From: Octopus sinensis
Taxonomy: Eukaryota
Assembly: GCF_006345805.1 (NCBI RefSeq)
Contig: NC_042997.1
Coordinates: forward strand, 88,908,001 to 88,972,000
Length of the DNA: 64,000 nt
Direction: 5' to 3'
The notes under the pieces are model-generated. The model was not told the origin of the DNA. It did not search any database and saw nothing but the letters and a program-made list of their open reading frames with translations. The position numbers were made by a program, and so were the translations under genes. Below are positions 12,286 through 23,759 of this stretch, one piece after another; position 1 is the stretch's first letter, and the number at the start of each line of letters is the position of its first letter.

Positions 12286-12627
12286 CGTGCGTGTGTACAT
12301 GTGTGTGAGAGAGAAAGAGTGCTTGTAAGTCTTTCAATATGTATATCTGTGTGTAGCCATCTTCCGGACGAAAAGTTAAAAAGGTAAGCGATCCGTCACC
12401 ATCGCTTGGAACATCTTCGGTTTGATGAGAAAGTCGATATTATGACGTATCATTCTATACATTTTGTTTGCAGCCGGGTTAACTTATCTTTGCTTACAGC
12501 ATTACTAAGGAAATCTAACTTGAAATTATAGAAGTAATTCGATAAAGAACATCGCTGAATTCTTGTTGCGGGCGCTATATTGGTGGCGCGGTAAAGATGA
12601 TTTTCCAGAGAGAAACAAATATCTAAT

Positions 12628-12663
<36 letters not shown>

Positions 12664-13045
12664 GAAGAGGAGGAGGAGGAGGAGAGGAGGAGAAGTGATT
12701 TATTTTGTTTGGGAACACGGATTAGTGGGTGTTATATGAACGGGTATTAAATGTGTAGGTGTAATTTACATTGAAATCGAAAGAAGGAAAATGAGAAACA
12801 AAATTTTCTTTCTGAATGACGAGGAGGCGGAGGTGGAGAAAGTGAAGAGGGAGATGATGACAATGAGAGGGGGTGAGGGAGGAGGAGGCAGGTGGTCAAG
12901 ATGATGATGATGATTATCAACTGATGTTTTTGATATTGATGATGATGGTGGTGGTGGTGGTGGTGGTGGTGGTGATGGTAGTAGAGCTTTTAATAGCAGC
13001 AGCAGCAACAGCAACAGCAGCAGCAACCATGATATATATATATAT

Positions 13046-13210
13046 CTCTTTTACTCTTTTACTCTTTTACTTGTTTCAGTCATTTGACTGCGGCCATGCT
13101 GGAGCACCGCCTTTAATCGAACAACTCGACCCCGGGACTTGTTCTTTTGCAAGCCCAGTACTTATTCTATCGGTCTCTTTTACCGAACCGCTAAGTAACG
13201 CTAAGTATAC
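13046..13210 (-). mobile_element. SINE family A, 3' half
   Basis: Reverse complement of the family A tail with (TAAAAGAG)n end. Confidence 0.8.
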
Positions 13211-13452
13211 ATATTTTTTTTCTTGGATCCAAATCCCGGTTAACATTGCAATGAAACCGTATACGAATAAGAATATGGCCGTAGTCATTTGACTGAAACA
13301 AATTAAAGAATGAATGCTTTCGTGAGTAGATGTTCAGTGGGAAGGATATGTGTGTGTATCTGTGTGTGTGTATGTGTGTGTGTGTATTGGTATGTGTGTA
13401 TTGGTATGTGTGTATTGGTATGTGTGTGTGTGTGTGTGTGTATTATATGGTA

Positions 13453-13490
<38 letters not shown>

Positions 13491-13513
13491 TATAGATATA
13501 TATATATATATAT

Positions 13514-13563
<50 letters not shown>

Positions 13564-14224
13564 GGTTCAAATATGTTTGATATATATTTGACCTGTATTC
13601 ACTGTTAATTTACCGCGGAGAATCTTTCTCGCTTAAGGCGATAGGGATTCAAAAACACCAACAGTCATTTCAAGGCAGCCTCTCTCGGTTGAATAGTGAG
13701 TGCATTCCTAGCTTCTTGGCCATCATTATCACCTAGTACCACAAGAGAGAAAATCCCGAAATGACATCGAACAGTAAAATCAGTATCAAGACATGCGCTG
13801 ATCACGTGAGACACCGAGACGGGCCAAAGAAAATCCTGTGGTGGAAGCACGAAGCGGGAAAGGTTCTCCACGGCAAATTAGTGGATACGGCCATTATATA
13901 GGTCAAATATATTCCAAACACATTTGAAGTGATTCCAATGTATGTTTATTCGCAACACTGCTTCAGCGCACTCACTACAATGTATGCATACGTACATGGA
14001 TACATACATACATACATACATACATACATACATACATACATACATACATACATACATACATACATACATACAAATGTATACACATATATATATATATACA
14101 TACATATATTTTTACTCGCGCTTTGATTCTTACAATCCATGCTCCTACATATGGTACTGGTATCAAATTTTTGGCACAAGGCCAGCAATTTAGGGGAGGG
14201 TGTAAATGGATTATATCGATCTCA

Positions 14225-14261
<37 letters not shown>

Positions 14262-14544
14262 CATTTACATTACATAAATATATGTGTATGTAAATATGTA
14301 CGTGTGTATTGTATATTAAATGAAATGAAAGGAAATGCCGGTGGTAATGGTAATTAGAGGTGATGTGAGTTGTGAATGGCAGTAAATGTACCATTGTATG
14401 GAAGTTATTCTTGTTCTGGTGGTGATAGTGGTGGTGGTGGTGGTGGTGGTGGTGGTGGTGTTGGTGGTGTTGGTGGTGGTGGTATGTTGGTGGAGTATGT
14501 TTACTTTCTCCTATAGTTTTACTAATACAGTGTGTGTGTGTATG

Positions 14545-14591
<47 letters not shown>

Positions 14592-14865
14592 GTATGCACC
14601 GTCTGCACACTGATGACAGCTAATTAAAGAAAAATAAACGGCCACAGCTTCACCCATAGCTGTGTTCCTAATCTTTACATAATTTGTCCCTGACAACCCC
14701 CTCTCTCTCTTTCTCTCTCTATGTGTGTGTGTGCATATGTGTGTGTGTATATAAACATACATGCATACATACATGCATGTGTACATAAATACATACAAAC
14801 ATACATACAAATGTGGTGTACGCTTGTATACACATGCATGAAAAGATAATTATATTATGTATATA

Positions 14866-14897
<32 letters not shown>

Positions 14898-14907
14898 AGT
14901 ATGTATG

Positions 14908-15097
14908 TCATTGTTCAGTTTTATTTCAAGATTTCTTGCCAACAGAGAAAAAGCCGGTTTGTAACCTAGATCCAAGGCTCCTTCATTGGAATTTCAACAT
15001 CAACAGGGTATTTCTGTTTGTATGTATATATGTATATGTGAGATTTGTATGTTTTTATTATGTATGTATCCCCATGTATATAGTTGCCTATCTAGAC
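14908..15097 (-). mobile_element. 3' UTR-only copy of the (TACA)n-associated RLE LINE
   Basis: Shares CTAACCTAGATCCAAGG.TCCTTCATTGGAATTTCAACATCAAC and the AATGA|CATACA end with 47215-47445. Confidence 0.85.
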
Positions 15098-16094
15098 ATG
15101 TATGCATGTATGTATGCATGCATGCATGAAGTAATAGATATACTACACGAAATGAAATGAACGGAAACATTAGGTAAATTTCGAGCGTATTATTTTAATG
15201 AAACACATTTTTCTTGTCCCTGAGCAGAAAAAGCGACTGGGCTGGCTTGTATTAATATTTGTTATTTGTTCTTCTGAGATCGGATACTTATTTTCTGGCC
15301 ACGAAGAAAACAGTTATCTTACAACTGTTTATAGTAAACCCAAATTTGGGAAGAACTTGATTAATCTGATTAATTAGCATAACAGTTTAAATGTTTTGCA
15401 GCGAGATTTGGTTAATTAATTAATAAAGCATTATACTGCTTCGGGATAATTAGAAATTCAAGGTAAACTTAAGTATATCAGCTTATTTCTCTTTCTGTTG
15501 TGTATACTTACACATAGACACAGACACAGACATGCTCGCATATATGTATACACACACACACACCACACACATATATATATATACTCATATATATATATAC
15601 ATGTACACATACACACTCATATGAATGCATGTATGTATGTATGTATGTATGTATGTATGTATGTATGTATGTATGTATGTATGTATGTATGTATGCGTGT
15701 ATATATAAATGTAAGCAATCATTCTTTTTGGGGAATAGAAAATGAGTAACTGGTGAAATGCTAATAAACACCGAAGTTAGTCAGATCGATATTTCTGCTC
15801 TACAAGGAAGCAACTGTGACCTAATGACAGCATCTATTTCTCATAATGTGGTTAAAAACCGTGTGTTTATTGAAAACACGCGGTCGTTAACTTAAAGTAC
15901 TTGGGTAGTTTCTACATACGTTGTCTCATTGGCTACGCTGTGCTGTGAGAGGATTTCAGAAGACCAATCACCATTTATGTGATTTGAGACATAACACGCA
16001 TTATGGCTGCAATAAGAAGTCTTTAGAAAGATCGGAAGAACCGCTCTTAATCTTCCGGCTTTTCTGAAGAATGGTAGGTGTAGATGGCTATCTG

Positions 16095-16442
16095 ACTCGT
16101 TTCAGTCATTTGACTGCGGTCATGCTGGGGCATCGCCTTGAAGAGTTTTAGTTGAATAAATCTCCACAATACTTATTCTTTTAGGTCTGGTACTATTCTC
16201 GAATCGTTCACTTTTATCGACCTGCTGGATTACGCGAACGCAAACAAACCAACATCGGTAGTCATGCGGTGGAAGAGAACAGACAAAGACACACACATAA
16301 ACACACAGACACACATACCAATATATATACACATATACTGCATCTTCCAGACAGTTTCCTCACACGGTGCGCGCAATGAGACTGAACACGAAACTATGTG
16401 GCAGTAAAGCGAGCTTCTTAACCACACAGCCATGCCTGCTCC
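16095..16442 (-). mobile_element. SINE family A, diverged full length
   Basis: Head GGAGCAGGCATGGCTGTGTGGTTAAGAAGC through tail CAGCATGACCGCAGTCAAATGACTGAAAC on the minus strand. Confidence 0.8.
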
Positions 16443-16508
16443 TATATTATGCTTCACTTATGATAAAACATTTACTGAAAAATGATTTCTAATATTGAAT
16501 TAAAGCAA

Positions 16509-16660
16509 TCAAGGAGTGGTTGTGCGGTAAAGAAGCTTACTTCCCAACCATGTGGTCTCGGGTTCAGTCTCACCACGCGTCATCTTAGACAAGTGCCTTC
16601 TACCAAAACTTTGTGAGTGGACTTGGTGGACGGAAACTAAAAGTAGTCCATCGTGTGTGC
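16509..16660 (+). mobile_element. SINE family A, 5' half
   Basis: GGAGTGGTTGTGCGGTAAGAAGC...GGGTTCAGTCTC head, ending at its internal TA tract. Confidence 0.7.
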
Positions 16661-16678
16661 GTTATTATATATACATAA

Positions 16679-16970
16679 CCAGATCCAACCGAAACTGTTG
16701 CTATAAACTAGTATTACCAAGCATAGATTGGCATATTTTGGTCATATTATGCGGAGAAAATCCCTGGAGAAGGACATCATGCTCGGAATGGTCAGTGGCA
16801 AGAGAGGAAGAGGCCGACCAAGAACCCGCTGGCTTGACACCATCAAGAGTGACACGGGAATGGCCATAGCCAATCTGAAAGAAGCGACCCAGGATAAAAC
16901 TGGCTGGAGAACACTGATCCATGGAGTAACCGAGAGTCGACTCCGACTGAGCGGGTAAGGAAGGAAAGGA
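16679..16970 (+). mobile_element. 5'-truncated RTE-BovB LINE 3' end
   Basis: RLAYFGHIMRRKSLEKDIMLGMVSGKRGRGRPRTRWLD...WRTLIHGVTESRLRLSG*, followed by a GGAA-type tail. Confidence 0.9.
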
Positions 16971-17021
<51 letters not shown>

Positions 17022-17238
17022 TAAATGATTAATACGGAAGACAGAGTGTACTGGAAGTTTTATTTAGGACAAATAAAGCAACGAAAGTGCACTACCCCGG
17101 ATGACGCCTGGTAGCTGCAAGCAGTGAACGTACCCTGCAAGCACATTACAAGGGACATTCCCATATGGTTTCGATACTGCACCTTAAATTTCCCTACCTA
17201 AACTTCAATTTTAAATACAACTTTTATATATATATATG

Positions 17239-17485
17239 ATACAAAAATGGGACAGGAACGCTAAACATCCAGACAGACAATACAAACAAAACAAGGACAG
17301 GTCATTCAGAATTTTCTCTTCTCAGTCGAGTTCCAGATTATCTTTGCAATTTCGGCTGGTTATACTCGACTGAAGAAAGAAAACTCCGAATGACCCTTCC
17401 TTGTTTTCTGTCTGAATGATTTATTGTCCCTTTTTTGTATCACTTAACTGTCTAGATGTTTTGCGCTCCTGTCCCATTTTTGTAT
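17239..17485. mobile_element. Foldback element, probably derived from a Penelope-like pseudo-LTR
   Basis: Outer arms 17239-17276/17448-17485 and inner arms 17289-17331/17364-17406 with a 32-nt loop, in TA context. A single-orientation homologue lies at 60705-60820. Confidence 0.7.
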
Positions 17486-17568
17486 TTTTTATATATAAAA
17501 ATATAGCGGCGTACATACACTTTGGTCTCTCTCTCTCTCTCTCTCTGTATATATTATATATATCTATA

Positions 17569-17620
<52 letters not shown>

Positions 17621-17650
17621 TTATTTATTTATTTATTATTTTATAGAAGG

Positions 17651-17701
17651 AGCTTCTACAGGACTAGAACTGTTTCATTCAAATGAAATCATCAGGAAGC
17701 T
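17651..17701 (-). ncRNA. Type I hammerhead ribozyme motif (mirror copy)
   Basis: Exact reverse complement of 17885-17935. Confidence 0.75.
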
Positions 17702-17884
17702 TGGTGTCAAGAATAGTTTTGGCATTTATACATTTAGGCAGATTTAATGGGGTGGTGGTGGGGGACTTTTTTGGCCACTCCCCTAAGAAGGACAGTTTGT
17801 GCCCTGCCTACCCCAAAAAGTCCCCCACCACCACCCCATTAAATCTGCCTAAATGTATAAATGCCAAAACTATTCTTGACACCA

Positions 17885-17935
17885 AGCTTCCTGATGATTT
17901 CATTTGAATGAAACAGTTCTAGTCCTGTAGAAGCT
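17885..17935 (+). ncRNA. Type I hammerhead ribozyme motif
   Basis: Stem I AGCTTC/GAAGCT; CTGATGA; short stem II TTTCATTTGAAT; GAAA; stem III ACAG/CTGT; cleavage triplet GUA (A17929). All core nucleotides are present, but the 10.1-11.1 position is U-U. Confidence 0.75.
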
Positions 17936-18045
17936 CCTTCTATAAAATAAATTAATTTACTCTGCAATGTATTGAGTACCTTATTTACTGTGGTTAACCC
18001 CGACTCAACCCGGGACCTACATATATATATATATGTATATATATG

Positions 18046-18079
<34 letters not shown>

Positions 18080-18199
18080 TGTATATATTATATATATGTG
18101 TATATATGTATGTATGTATGTATGTACGTATGTATGTATGTATGTATGTATGTATGTATGTATGTATGTATGTATGTATGTATCTCTGTGTGTGTGTGT

Positions 18200-18385
18200 G
18201 TGTGTGTGTCCTTGTATTTGTTCGTTTCCATCCCTGAATCTTTGTGGTTCGGCCTAAAATAATGATGGAATAAACATAAGGCTTAAAAAATAAGTACTGG
18301 AATCGATATGTTTGACTAAAACCTTTCAAAGCAATGCCCCAGCATGGCCACAGTCCAGTGACTGGAACAAGTAAAAGATAAAAGG
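18200..18385 (+). mobile_element. SINE family A, 3' half
   Basis: AATAAGTACTGGAATCGAT...GCCCCAGCATGGCCACAGTCC...GACTGGAACAAGTAAAAGA. Confidence 0.7.
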
Positions 18386-19257
18386 TAGACGATAACTATT
18401 CGGCATATACACGATTAGATGAACACAGCCAACGCAAGATCCTCAAAGTCAACTGTTCCCAGCATGGTTTCCTTGGAGTCCGGGCTGTCTACAAAGATGG
18501 GAATAGGGACCTGTGACGTGTTCAAAATTTTAAATGCCTGCACTAGAAAATATATGATTACTCACTCATATATTCAGTAATAGATATATATGTATGTATA
18601 TATACGCACACACACACACATATGTACATATACATACATACATACATACATACATGCATACATACATACATACATACATACATACATACATTTTTCAACT
18701 GATTGATGAAACTGGGAAAACGAGTTTGTTGTTAGTTAACAAAATCAGCTTATTAAGTACACTGACTTTTCAAAATTCTGGGGTCCGTGAGAAAATTTAT
18801 TGACATAAAAATGGGTCCTTAGGAACAGAAAGCAAGTGAACTTTGCTCTCTGCGATTGCTTGATCTGATCTGCTTGAAATAGCAGCCAAATATCCCTCAA
18901 ATTAGACCCTACCGTTTTAAAAAAGGAAACGTTAGATAACACGGTTCAGGGTTCTCTTCATACAGGAAAAATATGAGATGGTCATGATTGGAATGCCTTC
19001 GATTTTAACTCAGACTCTATCAGTGTTGATGTGTGGCTAAGCAACAACTGTTACAATTTGATCAACCGTACTGAACGCTTCATTAAATAGTAACTAAATT
19101 ATTCCGGTACTTTTATCCGACGCTCCACTGATTCAGCCAGCTTTATACCTTTACTGAAATTACATATCAAACGTGAACAAGCACACATACATACACACAC
19201 GCGAAATATATGCCTTTTCACCTCATGATCACGTCAACACTTGTATCGTAGAATCAC

Positions 19258-19400
19258 CTGGCTGCGGCCATGTTGGGACATCGCCTTGAAGAGTTTTAGT
19301 CGAAGAAATCGGCCCCCCAGTACATATTCTCGAATCGTTCTCTTTTACCGAACTACTGGTTTACGCGAACGCAAACAAGCCAACATCGGTTGACATGGCG
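19258..19400 (-). mobile_element. SINE family A, 3' half
   Basis: GCTGCGGCCATGTTGGGACATCGCCTTGAAG..., near-parallel to 16110-16265. Confidence 0.7.
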
Positions 19401-19517
19401 GTTGTTTCCCGCCTTCTCTCCCCCTCTCTCTCTCTTTCACTATCTAATCTATATGTCTGTCTTGTGACTTATCTACTTCACGAGGCCTTAATGCATACAT
19501 CTGTGTATCCAAGTGTG

Positions 19518-19561
<44 letters not shown>

Positions 19562-19642
19562 ATATATGTGTGTGTGTGTGTATTAACATTTGACATGTAA
19601 TTTTAACAAAGGTGTAAGCGTAGTGCATTCGTTTATTTAAAA

Positions 19643-19866
19643 CGAGGATTTCGACGTTTACTCGAGTTTTATGTGTAGTGGTCTCTCAGGCGATTAATTC
19701 AGTTACCTGAGCTCTTGCATTTCTTTACGTGTCATTCTTATTGGTCGGTCTATTGGATTGGTCAATGAAAATCGACCAGTGAGAATGATAACCACAAATG
19801 AAAATTGGTATTTTAATACCTAAATTAGTCGACATGTGAAATTCGAGTACCGGTCAAAATCTCATC
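19643..19866. mobile_element. Degenerate MITE
   Basis: Imperfect ~30-bp terminal inverted repeats (GAGGATTTCGAC..TACTCGAG / TTCGAGTA..GTCAAAATCTC). Confidence 0.4.
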
Positions 19867-19867
19867 A

Positions 19868-19908
<41 letters not shown>

Positions 19909-20495
19909 TGTGTGTGTGTGCGTGCGTGTGTGTGTGTGTGTGTATCTGTGTGTGCGTGTTTGTGAGTATATATGTGCGTTGTGTTTGTGTGTATATATTT
20001 GTGTGTGTGTGTCTGTGTGTGTGCGCGTGTTAGTGTGTAACATATTTTATGCATGTATGTATGTATTTATGACCAAGTCAAATGTCACTTTTCAAATGCA
20101 CAAGTATTTGCACAAGTCAAACGGTTGAAGATGTTCTCAGTAACAGAAATTTGCTCGGTTTCCAACTGCAGATGGAAGAAAAATGAGGAGTCAATGCTGG
20201 AGTTGAATGAGAAAGAAGTGCTACAAAAGGACAAGAAACACACGCACACAATCTTTCTGTCTGTCAGTCTCTCTCTCTCTCACACACACACACAGAAGCA
20301 AGGCTTCAAGCAGAATGATTATGAATTATATGAAGGAGACTTGAATAAAACCCCCGTCACAGTTTTTCTAAACAGTTTGAGTTTCTCTTGAACGTAGAGG
20401 CCATCATACGTCAGATATGAAGCATATACACATACATGGAAACATGCGTACATATATACACACATCCACACATAATACATCGACACATACATATA

Positions 20496-20545
<50 letters not shown>

Positions 20546-21212
20546 CGTACACACATACGCTTACACATTCGAAATAAAAATATAAACGTAAAATAACAAA
20601 ATATCTCAAATATGTTCATGCCTCACATTGTAATGAATTTTCATTACATTGTACACTCTTACGGCCCCTAACCAATCCCACTGATTTAATAAGGGTCATG
20701 TCACACAGCTTACCAAACTAGGTCTTCTATGGTGTATTTTACTTCATATTGTTTCCTAATTTGTTATGCTTTCTGATTTCATCTACGATTGACCTTTTTT
20801 CTTCTTTACTTTTCAGGAAGGTCAGCTAAAAATAGGACGATGGTGAGGTGTTAAAAAGATGAGGTGGGGAAGCAACACAAAAAGAGTTCAGAAACGAATA
20901 AGATAAAAATGGTTCTGGAATTTTGTTATGGACGTGTGTTGAGCGGTGTGGTGAAGTGGATAGGAGTGGAAATGTCAACGTAGACAAAACGTGTAATGAT
21001 AGTTGTAGTTAATGAACAGTTGCTGGTGATTCTTTAAATGTCTAGATTGGAGATGGTGTGGTTTGCGCTAGTGGGGTGTTGTGTGTGGTTTGGATAATCC
21101 AGAGATTATCCATCGCCAGCGCTACAAACATCGTAATTGTTCATTCCAATGCCATTATCGCCGCCACCATTAGCATACTTGCATTTACTTACAAATAATC
21201 CTTTCTGTTATA

Positions 21213-21407
21213 GGCACAATGCCTCTGAAATTTTGGGAGAAGCGGGTAGTCGATTATATCGATTCCCCCCCCCATCCCCCATCCAACTCCGAAAGGATGA
21301 AAGTCAACTTCAGCGGAATTTGTATTTAGAAAGTAAAGCTGGAAGAAATGCCGCTAAGCACTTTTTTTTCGGTGATGTAACGTCTTTGCCAGCTCGCCGC
21401 CTTACAT
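21213..21407 (-). mobile_element. tRNA-derived SINE family B
   Basis: Head GGCGGCGAGCTGGCAAAG on the minus strand and the TTTCATCCTTTCGG module. Confidence 0.75.
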
Positions 21408-21514
21408 CTACATACAAATAATGATATATATATATTTACATACATCTGTAGAGTAATATTCCCGTTTCTCCTGTGATGGTGGATGAGCTGATGATGAAAT
21501 TAAAATAAGGCAAA

Positions 21515-21731
21515 ATATTGGTTTCAGATTTTGGTACAAGGCTAGAATGTTCGGAGAAAGGGGCTAAGTCGATTAAATTGACCCCAGTACTCAAACAGTA
21601 CCTATTTTATCAATCCCGAAAGGATGAAAGGCAAAGTCGACCTTGGCGGAATTTGAAGTTAAACCGTAAAGACGGACAAAATGCTGCTCAGTATTTTGCC
21701 GGCGTGCTAACGATTCTGGTAGCTCGCCGCA
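21515..21731 (-). mobile_element. SINE family B
   Basis: Same head, GCCTTTCATCCTTTCGGGATTGATAAAATAGGTAC module and tail 1. Confidence 0.8.
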
Positions 21732-21808
21732 TTAATAAGGCCAAATATTAAAAAAAGGATTTGTCCATTACATACAGTCTTGACTAAAAATCTATACTCT
21801 TATACCTT

Positions 21809-22138
21809 CCGGTATGGCGGTGTCGTTAAGAAGCTTGCTTTGTAACTTAATGACTTAGGGTTCAGTCCTACTGTCTTCTACTATAGCCCCAAGTCGACCA
21901 ATACCTTGTGACTGAATTTAGTAGACGGAAACTGTAGAAACCCATTAGATATATGTGCGTGCACGCGCACATGTGTGTGTGTGGTGCGCCTGCCTTTGTG
22001 GCTGTCTTTGTCCCTCCACCTACCGCTTGGCCCGACTATAAAAAAAGTAGTTCTGAGATCGATTTGTTCGACTAAGACCTTCGAGGCAATGCCCCAGCAT
22101 GGTCGTAATCAAATGATAAGTAAAACGTAAAAGATAGT
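21809..22138 (+). mobile_element. SINE family A, diverged
   Basis: Degenerate A/B boxes, CTTCTACTATAGCC and the GCCCCAGCATGG tail. Confidence 0.65.
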
Positions 22139-22454
22139 ACAGTATATAACCTACACACTTATACATATGTTTATAGCAATTCATTTCTATATGTGCACTG
22201 TATGATTCTAACTGTACATATACGTGTTTGTAAGTAGATAAACATGTTTGAGCGCGCATGCGACCGTGTTTTGGTTTGTCCATTTGTAGAATGCAAGTGT
22301 TGTCTAAACTACGTGTGCGTGTGATTCGATACATATAGATATCTGTGCTTGGATATATTAAGCCATCACTCGAAATAGAACATGTGTGATATTATCCACT
22401 GGTAATTGTAACTTGCAGTCAAGCATACATACATACATTATCAACGCACATACA

Positions 22455-22916
22455 ATGTCTGCTGCCAGAAATAAGGTCTTTCAGCAGCCACTCCATTGAC
22501 CCAGGGCAGCACTACCTCTTCCAGGCACTTGATGTAGGCCTCCGTGTTGAGTCTGAATCCGTGTGGGAAGATGAATGAAGGTATAACGTCGCCATCACTA
22601 GTGATCACTTCTAACACTATGATGCTGACTGGATGTTTGATTTGTATCGCACTCGGTACATATCCACAGATTGCACTGTCCTCAGATTGACACCCAAACA
22701 CTCTGAAATGTTCGTATTGGAGCTTCTGAGCGAATGCTATGCAATACAGCATGTCGTTTCCAAATTTCTGGCAGAGTGAATTGAGTCATGGTGCTGTTTT
22801 ACTCACAGACGGTGCTCGACTGACCCTACCATACTGTGTAGTCGACACAATTAAAAGCAATGCGCATGCGCAAAATTAAAAATATATAATGTTGACAATT
22901 TACCTATCGCACCCTG
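22455..22916 (-). mobile_element. Tc1/mariner (maT-like) deletion derivative
   Basis: TA|CAGGGTGCGATAGGTAAATTG terminus and MTQFTLPEIWKRHAVL N-terminus joined directly to KHPVSIIVLEVITSDGDV...YIKCLEEVVLPW...RPYFWQQ catalytic segment. Confidence 0.8.
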
Positions 22917-23564
22917 TATATATATATATATATCTATATATATATATATATACGTACATATAAATATATGCTAACACACACATACACACATATATATATA
23001 TATATGTGTGTGCGCGGGCGAGCGCCCGTATATAGGCATAAGTATTTACGTATTTAAACTTATGCAAAAACAGCGATCCGTTAAAATCGCACACAACAGC
23101 GTACGAAAGTAAAATACCACCAAACATAATACACCTACCCACCATACCGCCGCTTATAAATATGTATATATGCAGGTATCAACCCAGCTGTCAATTTGTC
23201 ATTCAGCGAGTCAACTGATACCTGACTCACGCTGAGTACGCAGATTCCGTATTTACACATGAGTATGTTTGAATAAGATCAATGATTGTCAGAAGGCCAT
23301 CAACACAATGTCCTACATGAGTCGCCATGGTTGCGAATAAAATATGATCGTTACAATGGTGGTAGATTCTGCAGAATGCCTTGTAGGATCTAGTTTCATT
23401 TGTTTGTGATCTGCGATCAAATCTTGCTGAGATTGGTGTTATTCTTGTTTTGTGTATTTATTCATACTTTTCATCGTTCCGGGTTTGACAAAATAGGTGA
23501 CAGTCAAATTTGTGACCTTCAGCTTACGCTAAAAGTTATTTATCACTATTGTTATCATCATTGT

Positions 23565-23655
23565 TGTCGTTATGATCATCATCAACATCATCATCATCAT
23601 CTTTAATGTCATAATCATCATCATCATAATCATCATCATCATCAGCATCATCATC

Positions 23656-23717
<62 letters not shown>

Positions 23718-23745
23718 TATCATTATCATCATAATGATCACCATA
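23565..23745. repeat. (CAT)n microsatellite
   Basis: Imperfect trinucleotide run. Confidence 0.95.
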
Positions 23746-23759
23746 CTACCCCTTGTTGT

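Larger units (their letters stand above)
17636..17950. mobile_element. Near-perfect palindrome (~139-bp arms, 38-bp spacer) carrying a hammerhead in each arm; Penelope-like
   Basis: 17636-17774 is the reverse complement of 17813-17950 with one homopolymer indel seen. Confidence 0.85.

Noticed and set aside
13665-13871. Minus-strand ORF MENLSRFVLPPQDFLW...
   Set aside because: GC-richer unique patch but no recognisable homology or consistent splice model.
18400-18535. Open frames on both strands (e.g. QAFKILNTSQVPIPIFVDSPDSKETMLGTVDFEDLALAVFI*)
   Set aside because: Exon-like composition but no identifiable protein and no way to link it to other exons.
23236-23330. Kozak-like ACCATGGCG ORF with GTGAGT donor on the minus strand
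   Set aside because: No signal peptide or homology; such signals arise often by chance in 64 kb.
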